Part shown: positions 52,776-64,000 of the stretch, one piece after another
Numbering within the stretch: position 1 is the first letter of the stretch
How the letters are laid out: each line of letters starts with the position of its first letter
The notes under the pieces: model-generated
Told to the model about the DNA's origin: nothing
Seen by the model: the letters and a program-made list of their open reading frames with translations, nothing else
The model's database searches: none
Assembly (NCBI RefSeq): GCF_036588685.1
Contig: NC_086373.1
Location: 51,398,001 to 51,462,000 of the forward strand
Direction: 5' to 3'
DNA from: Mytilus trossulus
Taxonomy: Eukaryota
DNA: 64,000 nt
Program-made: the position numbers and the translations under genes

Positions 52776-54813
52776 AACTTAGGGTTGAAACCAGATTTTG
52801 CGGTTCACAGCAAATCCAGGAATCCTAAAGATCAACAAATGTGATAGGGTTGGTGTGGATGGTATCGTATAGGCACAGATTCTGGTGTATTACTTAATAT
52901 ATCAACACACTTATTTGTTTATTTGCTGAGATTGAGGCAGATATATTTTGGTTTTCTTTCGAGGTCGCGAGAATATCTAACCATCAATAAAGAACGATCT
53001 TTATATGGAGAGAACATACCTTTTTTCTGCAAACTTTCAATTTCATTTAAAAAATATTGCTTCTACACATAAGTAAAAATGATCTCGATAAACAATTTGC
53101 ATAAACTGACGATAAAAACTGCAATTATATTATCAGGGAAATAATACCTTTCTGTGGTTGTTTAATCAAACGTAAGTATAAATATTTGGCGGGATTCGTA
53201 GTTGCGTTAAAATTATGATGAAGCGTTGAAATATTCAAATTCATATCGTTATTAATCAACTTTTTATTCTAATGTATGTTTTAAAATATGACACTGATAT
53301 GACTTTATAACTTGATTTTATATTTTGTTGTTTGTCTTATTTGGTTTCTGTCTCTTTGGCATGTTCAAATCATCTTTTATTCTTTTTACTTTAAGAAGAT
53401 TATTAAGTTTAAGTACACTAGAAACGGGAAGTAATTGTAGTTACATGATAAAATAGGTACTTTGCATAACAAAGTATCTACTTCGCATAACGATAAGTAT
53501 ACCCAATTTAAATACTATGGATTACTTCTTATACAAAAGGTTAAGCAAACAAAACAGGACAGAATTTAATTGAGTAAATACGGAAACACGAAACATAATT
53601 AAGAAACCACAGTTCATAAGTATGAGAGCACATCATGGGCCATAAAATGAATCAGCACAATTAAGCCAGATAACTGCTTATAATTAATATATTAACCAAC
53701 TACATGATACAATGATATAGGCAAGTAGATTATATCAAGATGAAAGGACTAAAGGCTCAAATAGCCAAACTGGAAGAAAAAGTATGGCTTATGAAAATAC
53801 TTAGTGAAATAATTAAATGAAAATAGAGAATGCGGAAGGTAAACCCATTAAAAAGGGTTGTAAACTTTGTCTGAATTTAATACGCTTTTTTTAATGTACC
53901 TACAAAATGTTGGCAGGACCCGAAAATGGGGGATATACCTCCGAACAACTTCACAGTGATAGGTACACTGTTCTATCTGTGAAGTTTGTAGGTCTGGATC
54001 TGGGTTGACAATTTTACGAGGAGTTGATTACACGAAATAGGGAACGTCTTTTGTAAATTTTTCCTGAAAAATATGCCACAATTATCCAACATTTGAGAAT
54101 AATTAAAAAATTTGTCAAACAATTACATATGATCAAGTGTGCAACCTTTCTGTGGAGTTTTATGGATCTGGATTGAAAACTGTATGAATAGTAGATAACA
54201 CTAAAAAGGTACCCATTTTTCTCTTCCAGCTCGACCCGGCAAAATCAAAAGGTTATTACAAACTTCACTACATGAGAAAGACAGAGCGTTCAATACAAGT
54301 TTCAAACACGTTTAGTAACTTGTTGTTATACTTAGATCTTGTTATCAAGAAGAGTCTGAGTATTGCATTTGAGCGCTTTGTTGCTTTGCGTAACTACAAC
54401 TCATTGAAATAATAACTTTTTATTGTTGCTTATACGTGGTTTCGTCCAACAACACTGATCCAAAACAACTTACGTGGATATGAACAACTAAGCAACATTA
54501 GCTTCATTGGTTTCGTCGATAAAAAGACGAACATTCATTTTGGAAGTCAAATTTTGCAAAAGTTAAATGTAGATGGTTTCATTAATCTTGAAAAAATGGA
54601 CGGGAATCATGTTGAATATTTTGTTGAATGATGTAGTCGTCATTTTAAAAAGGTTTTCAATTGTTTGGTGAGGGCTTGCGTTCGTCTTGCCATCTGAAAC
54701 TTTCAAGCAAGTGTACGTACTAATGGAAACTATTTATACCTAACAATAAGAGTTTTAAACACTTTTGTATCACGTTTGGTGTTTCTTACAATTATAATTT
54801 TATTTGATTATAG

Positions 54814-55783
54814 ATCCACCACCAAAATTTAGACGAATAAGATGGAATGGAATAAAAACACTGACATGGACACGTAATATTATTGAAAAAGTAAAGAAAT
54901 CGGCATTAAAAGAAAAAGCTTCGAATCAGTCAATACACAACATCAATCTATTTCAACTATGGCGATTAATAGGTGTATTAAAACATTGCTTTCTAAACTG
55001 CCGGTACGGTCATTGTTCATTTGCTTGTAGTGGTAGAGAATTCACAAGATTTATAAGCCATGCAGAAGGATGCAGATATAGAACAATCAAGTGTTCAAAC
55101 AAAGCTTGCCAGACTTTCCTTCCGAAATGGTGTGTCGATAAACATGTCGAGGAATGTCCACTAACCAGGATAACTTGTCCATCAGCTGGATGCGGAAAGA
55201 AAATCATAAGATGTCGAATAGAACAACACTTGTTTAAATGTCAACATCGCACTATTTTTTGTCCGAACAACCATTATGGATGTGCCCAACGACTTACACA
55301 AAAAGACGCCTTCAAACATTCAGAGATCTGTTTGTTTGCTTCATTTCTTTGCAATAAATGTGGTCAAACAATAATGAAAAAAGACATACATGAACATGAG
55401 AAGTATTGTATAAAGTCTGAAACAAAATGCAAGCTTTGTAAAAAAACGATGATTCGTGAAGAAGAGCTTTTTCACTTGGACGATTGCGAAATGGCGGTTG
55501 TCTCTTGTCCAAACATAGGTTGTGGAAAAACAATGGCCAGGCACAAAATTTCAAAACACAAGTTGATATGCTTACTCACGAATATCAGTTGTCCAAATTC
55601 TGAAAGGGGATGTAACGCCAGAGATAAAAGAATAAGTATACAAAATCATACATCATGGTGTCCATTTAGACTCTCACAATGTGAGTTTTGTGGGAGAAAA
55701 TTTATTTTCAAGACACTTAATTTCCACATTAAAAACTGTCAGACGAAGAAGATATGTCAATTATGCGGATCGTCCGTTCCTAG
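54814..55783 (+). CDS. TIR-TRAF-zinc-finger protein A, coding exon 2 (TRAF-type zinc finger array)
   Basis: Repeated C-x2-6-C-x11-14-H-x3-C units. Acceptor TATAG|AT completes G+AT (Asp) in phase with the TIR exon. Phase-2 donor AG|GTAAAG. Confidence 0.88.
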
Positions 55784-56240
55784 GTAAAGATATTTAATGT
55801 AAGCTACGAAAAGGCAAATCGTCAAAATGAACAAATAAGACCATGGGCGACATAAAATTATGCACTATAATCTACAAAGCAGAAAATACACGATACAAAT
55901 CGTATCAAGTATTTGGAAGGGTAAACTGTTCCTGTTTTCAAGGGTTTTATTTGATAAATTGTTGACCACAGCTGAAAGATGTATTGTAAACAAGGATTGT
56001 GTATCAAGCTGAAATACTATTTTAAGTTACATTTTACAGACTTATTGTCACTTTTTTACAATCATTTCCGGTCTAATTAAGGATACGTATACAATTTAAT
56101 TACAAACATAAGATTTAAATCTCGAGGTTATGGGTCAAGGTTATAAAATTGTAAACCCTCAGCTCTTTGTGGTATTAATGTACAATTCTTTTGATATAAT
56201 GAATTTATTTGTATTTTTGTATTTTTGTATTTTATTTTAG

Positions 56241-56376
56241 GTCAACTTGGGGAACTCACGAGCGTACATGTCAAAAGAATTACAGGTCTTCACCTGATGA
56301 TGGTTGTCATGTGAGAACTGGCACATTGGAAGACAACAAAGAGTTATGTATGGAACATGATCACACTCCTCCAGTA
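56241..56376 (+). CDS. TIR-ZF protein A, coding exon 3
   Basis: TTTTAG|G completes the last finger (CQLCGSSVPRSTWGTHERTC). Phase-0 donor GTA|GTAAGT. Confidence 0.8.
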
Positions 56377-56837
56377 GTAAGTCTTCTGAATTATACTTTT
56401 TGAGAGTGAAAATGTGCACAAACGGGGATAATTCTATATAAAAGGCAACCAGCCATTTTTATTTCGGGTGTGATATGTGAAATGACAAAAGTTTTATTAC
56501 CTTATGTTGAGTAGGAATTTTATTGATCACAAAAATTAATTGGTTAAACCAAACATGGAATACAAATGCTTTAATGATAACTTTACATGCAGATAAACAA
56601 CCTCTTCAAGTGTCAACATGCCATCATTTGAAAATATTCTTTTTGCGGACCACTAAATATATAATTATGTATTTACTTTTTTTCCGTGAAAATTTACGAC
56701 TTTTTATATTACCGACACTATTAACTGATTAAATTTTGAAATGCTATTTTCGCAAGAACTATTTACTTTAATTCAAAAAGATTAATTATGAATGGAATAC
56801 ATCGAGCGTTCTTTCTTTATGTTGTTTTAATTTGCAG

Positions 56838-56904
56838 GAGCAACCTGGTTTAGATTTACCAGATGGCCCAGCACTTTCTCCCCCGCATGAAGAGCTTCCT
56901 AAAA
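56838..56904 (+). CDS. TIR-ZF protein A, coding exon 4
   Basis: TTGCAG|GAG... EQPGLDLPDGPALSPPHEELPK. Phase-1 donor A|GTAAGA. Confidence 0.68.
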
Positions 56905-57119
56905 GTAAGAACATATTTTTTTTATTTGAAAGTTTTCGTCTAATTTGTTATAAAAAAAACAAAGCAATTTTATCTTCAGTAAAATTTATTTCCAAGTCTA
57001 CCACGAATTTTAAGCGTCTGGTCACTTCCGTCTAAAGGAAATTATAAGCCAGGAGCTACTCAAATGGTCGTCTTTTGTTATCAATATTCAATCTCAATTA
57101 GTTCCTGTTTGGTTTATTT

Positions 57120-57350
57120 TTTTATTTTAGAATTGTGTACGATTAAGAACTACACAGCGTATAGACAGTTATCTGGTTCTCACCACTTGGCGTTCGTAGT
57201 CCGTCGTCGTCGTCGTCGTCGTCGTCACTAACTTCAACCAAAAATCTTTTATTTTGACCTAACTGGTCAAATACCAGCAGTTTTCAAAATGTATACGACG
57301 ACCCCTCATGCAAACCAACAAACCAAAATATCAAACATGGCCATAATCTT
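57120..57350. repeat. Degraded Helentron-like fragment with (GTC)n microsatellite (57202-57226)
   Basis: GTC run preceded by TTCTCACCACTTGGCGT, an arrangement typical of HINE heads. Confidence 0.45.
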
Positions 57351-57509
57351 CCGCACTATTTTAGGTCTTCATCTTGAAAGTCCGATTAATATACATGTAA
57401 ATGAAACGAAATATAGGCGTAACTTTAGATACCCAAAATCACAAAAACCAAGAGTTTATATCGTCATAATATTTTTTGATATAACTAGATTGCAATTGAA
57501 TAATTTTAG

Positions 57510-57706
57510 GTGATCCTTTAGCCAATCATCATTCTACTCATGGAACAAGTACAGTTTCAATTCGATGGCGACCTAGAACCAGTAGTGACAGTCCAGATAA
57601 TGGTGGACCGCAGACTTTGGAAGATTTTCTAAAAGAAATTCTCCGCACGAATATCAATGTCTATTCGTTCGTCGAAAAGAAACGAAAAGTTGAATTCCGA
57701 CATTAA
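57510..57706 (+). CDS. TIR-ZF protein A, terminal coding exon 5
   Basis: TTTTAG|GT in phase. Open frame SDPLANHHS...QTLEDFLKEILRTNINVYSFVEKKRKVEFRH* (TAA 57704-06). Total CDS 1833 nt = 610 aa plus stop. Confidence 0.65.
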
Positions 57707-58079
57707 ACATTTATATCTACAAGACACCTTTTTATTGTTATGATTTTTAGAAATGTCTTAGTCGCAAGAATCCCATCATGGCAACACAAAGAACTGCTTC
57801 GTATTAACTGTCCTAAAGTTTATCTTTTGATGTTATAATAAGTTTAACTGATGCCAATCAAAAAACTTATCTTGAAAGAACTGAAAAAATTGATTCAAAT
57901 ATATTAGTATATCGTTAACAAGTCAATTATTTCTTGTGATGCATACATCATGAACGTTTGGGATTCAATATTTGTAATCATATACATAATCATAAAATTT
58001 CGAAGCTCATAAGTAAAGGAAGCTTTTAAAATTGTGGCCAGTTAATCGCAGAGTAAATATGTATATGTACTGTGCAGTT

Positions 58080-58400
58080 ACACCACTATCCCAGGATAGG
58101 AGGAGTTGGCGCTCATTCAAACTAGTTTTACTTCGCCACATTCTGAAAGTGCCTGTCCCAAGTCATGAGTCTCTAACTCAGTAATTATAGTTTGTTTTAT
58201 ATCATATTTGTTTTTCATTCATTTTTGTACATAAATAAGGCCGTTAGTTTGTCGCATTTGAATTGTTTTACATTTGCCATTTCCATGCCTTTGATAGTTG
58301 ACTATGCTGTCTTAAAAATTGTTGAATGCCGTACGTATAAGTTAAATTTTGTGTCTCTTGTGAAAGGTTGACTCATTGGCATTGATACCACGTCTGCTAA
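58080..58400. mobile_element. Degraded family B SINE-like repeat
   Basis: GCCTGTCCCAAGTCA...ATAAGGCCGTTAGTTT...GCCGTACG, the reverse orientation of family B. Confidence 0.6.
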
Positions 58401-59640
58401 TTCGTATAATAGCTAAAAATTTCAGTGTACGTATTATACAAGTCATTGTTATTAAAGACCTTTTTGACCAATATTTTGCACTTTCGTTTGTTCCAATCAG
58501 GTAAAAGATTAAGAGAAGCGTCTATCATAAAAAAATACTTTCAAGGAAAATAAGTCAGTTGAGTTTTTATAGGAGTTAGAGCTCTTGACTGTTGATTTTT
58601 ATCCATTTTGGAGTAAAATTCTTAATTATTTGGTAAATATAGAATAACTGATCAGCAAACTAAGATCGGCAATTCCGTCAATATGGCTAAATTGGCAGCG
58701 AATTACGTATATATGAAATTGATCTGAATCTGCACCTGTTTTACTTATAAAGACATTGTGTAATTACATGTTAGGCATAGTCAATCAGATAGCATATTGT
58801 TACTTAATGATGCATGTTTTATTATTATGTATTTTATGGTTTTCCCCGCAATTAATGCTGTTTATCATTTGTCTTAGGGAAAATATGTTTTTGTTACTAC
58901 AGCGCTAGCATTTATAAAACTTTCTGCAATAAAGTATTCATGTATTCATGCAAGCATTTAATCTACTTATCGCTAGCCTGTCAACAGTTATGAGTTTGAA
59001 CCAAGCTCATGATAAGATAAAACTCCGAACTTATTTGACTTAGATTGCCACTTTTTATGCTGAATGTCGGTTGTTTCTTCTGGAAACACTGACGTCTTCC
59101 ATCATGCATATATTGAGTATATGGATTTAATATAAATGTAGAACATCAGCAAGTTCTTGTTTTGTTCAATGCGGGGGAAATTACATGTACAAAAAGGACC
59201 TTAAATTTACATGTTGAACATCTGTAGCTTTGAATAAAAAATCACACTGTTTGATGAGCCAGACACTTGCGCATTATAACAGCACAGAATTTCAATATTG
59301 TCAGATCATCATAGTTATGCAAATACAACATGCAATTTTAAAGGTAAACCGTTATCGGTAAATGCGTTCACAGCACCACCCATGCAATGGTTTCTACCCG
59401 AAAAGGTGTGTCAAGTGAATGTTATCAATACCAGTATAAAGATGGTGTTGCCCTGCTACAAATAAAGATATATCAAATACCATGTCCAACCTCCATTGGC
59501 TATGACCTTTTCATCAGATTGATATTGCAACTTACTACAGATTTAAAGACGCAGGGTGAAGAACTGTATCCTGACTTTCCTCAAGCTAGCCATCCTTTGC
59601 TAGTAAGGTCATACTCAAACGTTTAATTTATACATTTACT

Positions 59641-59871
59641 GTGGAGCTGGATCTGCTTACTGTGGAGCAGGATCTGCTTACCCTTCCGGAGCATCTGAGA
59701 TCACCCCTGGTTTTTGATGGGGTTCGTGTTGTTTATTCTTTAGTTTTCTATGTTGTGTCACGTGTACTATTGTTTTTCTGTTTGTCTTTATTATTTTTAA
59801 GCCATGGCGTTGTCAGTTTGTTTTAGATTTAGGAGTTTGACTATCCCTTTGGTATCTTTCGTCCCTCTTTT
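59641..59871 (+). mobile_element. Penelope-like 3'-end fragment
   Basis: High identity to 40445-40653. Confidence 0.8.
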
Positions 59872-59881
59872 ACAGCTTATG

Positions 59882-60081
59882 AGCTTATCAAATACTACAA
59901 AATGATAAGTTCTCGTCAGCTCAACGTATCAGGAAGGATAACTCTGTACTATTTTAACAACTAGGAAGTATTCAGGATATCACGAAATTTGGTGGTTGGG
60001 TAATCCTTGAGGGATAATCTAGGTTTTCATTACTTTAATCTTCATTTTGATCTAAAAACGACCTCGGATAAAACTAGTGAT
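59882..60081 (+). promoter_or_regulatory. Putative promoter / non-coding first exon of TIR-ZF copy B
   Basis: Paralogous to 49112-49302. Ends at AT|GTAAGT. Confidence 0.6.
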
Positions 60082-60752
60082 GTAAGTTTGTTAATATATG
60101 TTCTTATCTTTTTTAAATATTTTTAAGTTAAATATTTGTAAAATAAGTATGGGATAATTATTTTCGGTTAGAAATAATACATGTATATCGGATGTTGATA
60201 AATATACCACAGGTAAGAAGTATGTATCTTTTGTGTGTGTATTGACTAAGTTAAAAGATGTAACGTTGTGTGTTTATCTGATTAAAATGCATAATTTCAA
60301 ATATACCATAATCTAAAATCACACGACCTTTACACAGATAAACAGTTATATAAAAAAATATATTTACTTTAGAGTCCAATTTTGTTCTATGTGTTTTCGA
60401 TTTTTAATTTATACAATTTTTTTTTGGAGGGGGGGATGTTAAGAGGTTTTAAGAAACACATCATTGAGCAAAAATATGATCACCTTTTTGTTTTGGAATT
60501 TCGATGAATGATTTGTCATGCCGACATATGTAATCTGTCATAAAAAAATGTTCCCAACGTAGGCACACCGTTATTATTACTCAGTATAGATTTAACAGGA
60601 TCTGTTTGATAAAAAATATCAAATTGTAATAGCATGCACTTATGAGAGTACACAATTTCTTTCTGAATATGCCTTTTTAAAGAACACTTATATTTTTGTA
60701 TTTCCGTATTAATTTGAGTGTTAAACAACAATTTTAGATAAACACAGACACA

Positions 60753-61215
60753 ATGAAAAGTAAATGGAAGAGCTTTCTACAACTCCAAGACAAACAATAC
60801 CATGTCTTTGCCAGTTATAGTGAAGATGATAGTGGATTGGTGAACGGCTTGTTACAGCCCTTCGAGAATAACAATTGTTTGTTCTACAACCCTGATCGAG
60901 ATGGGTTACCAGGACAACCAATCATGCGCGGTCTTATCGAACAAGGAATAGAACAGTCCAAGATTACCATGCTTTTTATCACAAAGAATTTTCTGTCTGA
61001 TGAGTTGTGTATGTTTATGGCCAATCTTGCTATTTGGAAGTACATGAAAACGAAAGGAATCCATCGAGTGTTACCAATCATCCTTCAGCCATGTAAAATA
61101 CCCAGATATCTTAAGGTTTTAAACTGCATCTATGTCTGGAAATACGCACCTTGCAGATCAAGTCATATGATGTACCAGACGCAAGCCATTGCTCGACTTA
61201 CGAAAGCCATGCTAG
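60753..61215 (+). CDS. TIR-TRAF-zinc-finger protein B, coding exon 1 (TIR domain)
   Basis: Same 463-nt length and splice sites as copy A. About 89% amino-acid identity. Confidence 0.88.
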
Positions 61216-62714
61216 GTAATATTTTGTATATACTCTGTTCGTAAATACAATAATTCTCTTATTTATGTTTGTTTTATTTTATTTTGATAAGGTACATATA
61301 GTTTTCATCGAAATTGAAATCATATCAACTTGTTACCTAGAACACATGTGACACTGACTTGTAAACCTTACTTGAATCTATATGCTGGTGTAGGTGTTTG
61401 TTTTGTTTGGTTGTTGTCTCCTTTATTCATTTTATTTAAAGGATTGTTAAGTTTAAGTACATAAGGAAAAGGAAGTAATTGTAATATCATGATAAGTTAA
61501 TACAACAAGTTTACGTATATATTTCACATAGAGATATTTGTACACATCGATTACTACATTTATTATTACAAAAGGTATTGCATATAAAAAAGGACATAAT
61601 AATAGGGTACACAAGTATGTAAACATGAAACATAATAAACAAAAACAAAAACAGTTTCATATGGCCTACACAAACCTTTTTGAAATAAATGAAATAGAAA
61701 AAGAAGAATGGTTTAGGAAAAAAAACCTCCTTAGTGAGAGGTGGAGAAATGAAATAGGTTTGTAAATCTTTGTTTGAAGTTCGAAAGAGATAGATTGAAA
61801 ACGAAATTTAATTCACATTTTATTTTTTATTATAATGTTCCTGTAAAATGTTGGGGAAATTCCCCCAAACAACTACATATTAGCAGTTGCACTGTTCTAT
61901 CTGTGCTGTTTTCAGGATCTTTATTGAAAACTTTAAGGGGAGTTATCTTTACACAAAATAGGGAATAAAAATTTGAGAATGGGAAAAAATATTAATACAA
62001 GTCTATATCAACAAGTCATGAACATCATCAAGTAAGCAACCCTTCGATGATGTTTTATAGATCTGGATTGAAAACTGTAAAACACTGAAGCCCCACTAAA
62101 TAGTTACCCATTTTTCTCTACCAGCTCGTCCAACTTAGTGCAATCCGGCTTAAACAACATATTATCACAAACAACACTTAGTCTACCTGAGAAAGAGACT
62201 GCGTTCAGTACAAATGCAAAACCAGATTGTAGCTTGTTATTTCATGTTTTGGTTAGATTGTGTGATCATTATGAGTTTGAGTGTGGTATTTAGACACTGT
62301 GTTGCTTTGCCTAACTACAACTCTACAACTCAATGGAAAGATAACAACTTTTTTTTTACAGCTAGTACAGGGTTTTATTGATCAAAACCAAGTCATATGG
62401 TATGAACAATCAAACAACTTTTGCCTTCGTAGACTCCATTGAGTAATTTACGAACAATAAACAATGGAATTCAAATTTTGCCATAGTTAAAAGTTCATGT
62501 TTAATTATTCTCAAAAGAAAATTGAATGTTGTGGTAGATCATAATGAGTAGTGTTTTTTTATAAAGTTTAACGTAATTGCTTGGGTATAAGTCTTACCAA
62601 ATGATTTCGATCTAAAATGTGCAACCAAGTACTAACGGAAACTTTGTCAAGGAGTTTAAACCCTTTTGTATCACGTTTCGTGCTTCTTACAATTATCATT
62701 TTATTCTATTTTAG

Positions 62715-63684
62715 AACCACCACCAAAATTTAGACGAATAAGATGGAATGGAATAAAAACACTTACGTGGACGCGTAATATTGTCGAAAAAGTAAAGAAA
62801 TCGGCATTGAAAGAAAAAGCTTCAAATCAGTTAAAACACAACATCAATCCATTTCAACTATGGCGATTAACGGGTGTATTAAAACATTGCTTTCTAAACT
62901 GCCGGTACGGCCATTGTTCGTTTGCTTGCAGTGGAAGAGAATTCACCAGATTTATAAGCCATGCAGACATATGCAGATATAGACCAATTAAGTGTCCAAA
63001 CAAAAATTGTCAGACGTTTCATCCCAAATGGTGTGTCGATAAACATGTCGATGAATGTCTTCACACCTGGATAACTTGTCCATCAGTTGGATGTGGAGAG
63101 AAAATCAGAAGATATCAAATAGAACAACACTTGTTAAAATGTAAACACCGTTCCATTATTTGCCCAAACCACCATTTTGGATGTGACCAACGACTTACAG
63201 GAGAGAACGCTTCCAAACATTCAGAGAACTGTTCATTTGCTTTCATTCTTTGCAATAAATGTGGTCAAGCAATGACGGAAAAAGACTTGCATGAGCATGA
63301 AAAGTTTTGTGTAAAGTCTGAAACAAAATGCAAGCTTTGTAAAAAGACGATGCTTCGTGAAGAAGAGCCTTTTCACTTGGACGCTTGTTTACTGGCGGAC
63401 GTCTCTTGTCCAAATATAGGCTGTGGTTTAACCATGAAAAGATACAAAATTTTACAACACAAGTCAATGTGCTTACATGCAAATATCAGTTGTGCAAATT
63501 CTGGAAGGGGATGTAGAACAAGAGACAAACGAATTAATATACAAATTCATATAGCATCATGCCCTTTTCGAATGTCACAGTGTGAGTTTTGTGGGAGAAA
63601 ATTTCCTTTCAAAAAACTTAATTCCCACATAAAAAGATGTCAGACGATGAAGATATGTCCATTATGCGGATTGATGGTTCCAAG
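62715..63684 (+). CDS. TIR-TRAF-zinc-finger protein B, coding exon 2 (zinc finger array; gene presumably continues beyond window)
   Basis: Same 970-nt length as copy A. TTTAG|AA acceptor and AG|GTAAAA donor. All Zn ligands conserved. Confidence 0.88.
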
Positions 63685-63764
63685 GTAAAATTATTTTAAT
63701 TTATTTTAAGAAAAAAATTAACATCATTTAATACCAAAATAAAAAGTATACACACAATATACAT

Positions 63765-64000
63765 GTAAAAAAGAAGATGAGGTTTGATTGTCAACTATCC
63801 ACAAAAGACTAAAAAGATAAAGACATTAACAACTATAGGTCATCGTACGGCCTTCAACAATGAGCAAAGCCCATACCGCATAGTCAGCTATAAAAGGCCC
63901 CGATAAGACAATGTAAAACAATTCAAACGAGAAAACGGACTTATTTATGTAAAAACTATGAATTTCAAAGAAAACAAATATGTAACACATAAACAAACAA
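63765..64000. mobile_element. SINE-like repeat family B (intronic, runs off window)
   Basis: Matches 14014-14255. Confidence 0.8.

Noticed and set aside
50347-57706. Assignment as MyD88, TLR, SARM1, TRAF6 or a bacterial Thoeris-type TIR
   Set aside because: No death domain, LRR/TM, ARM/SAM, RING or MATH domain. Spliceosomal introns and the repeat context exclude a bacterial origin.

Overview
AT-rich, intron-containing eukaryotic DNA, most likely a bivalve such as Mytilus (inferred from the repeat families and hammerhead-ribozyme 'retrozyme' units). Host genes: (1) the first coding exon (T1/BTB domain) of a Shaw/Kv3-like K+ channel on the minus strand at about 17 kb, with no further exons found in the window; (2) two tandem paralogs, from about 49 kb to the window end, of a gene that joins an N-terminal TIR domain to an array of about 10 TRAF-type zinc fingers, with no RING or MATH domain. 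Copy A can be spliced into a complete 610-aa protein ending in a KKRKV NLS-like motif; copy B runs off the window. The middle of the window holds a nested DNA-transposon cluster: a near-intact two-gene PIF/Harbinger (MADF protein plus DDE transposase, each with one frameshift) lies inside another TIR element that also carries a Kolobok-type MITE and a SINE-like repeat. The window also contains a truncated Penelope-like RT, Helentron-like elements, MITEs, many SINE-like repeats and several type I hammerhead ribozyme motifs, one with an intact core. All alignments, counts and coordinates were made by eye.
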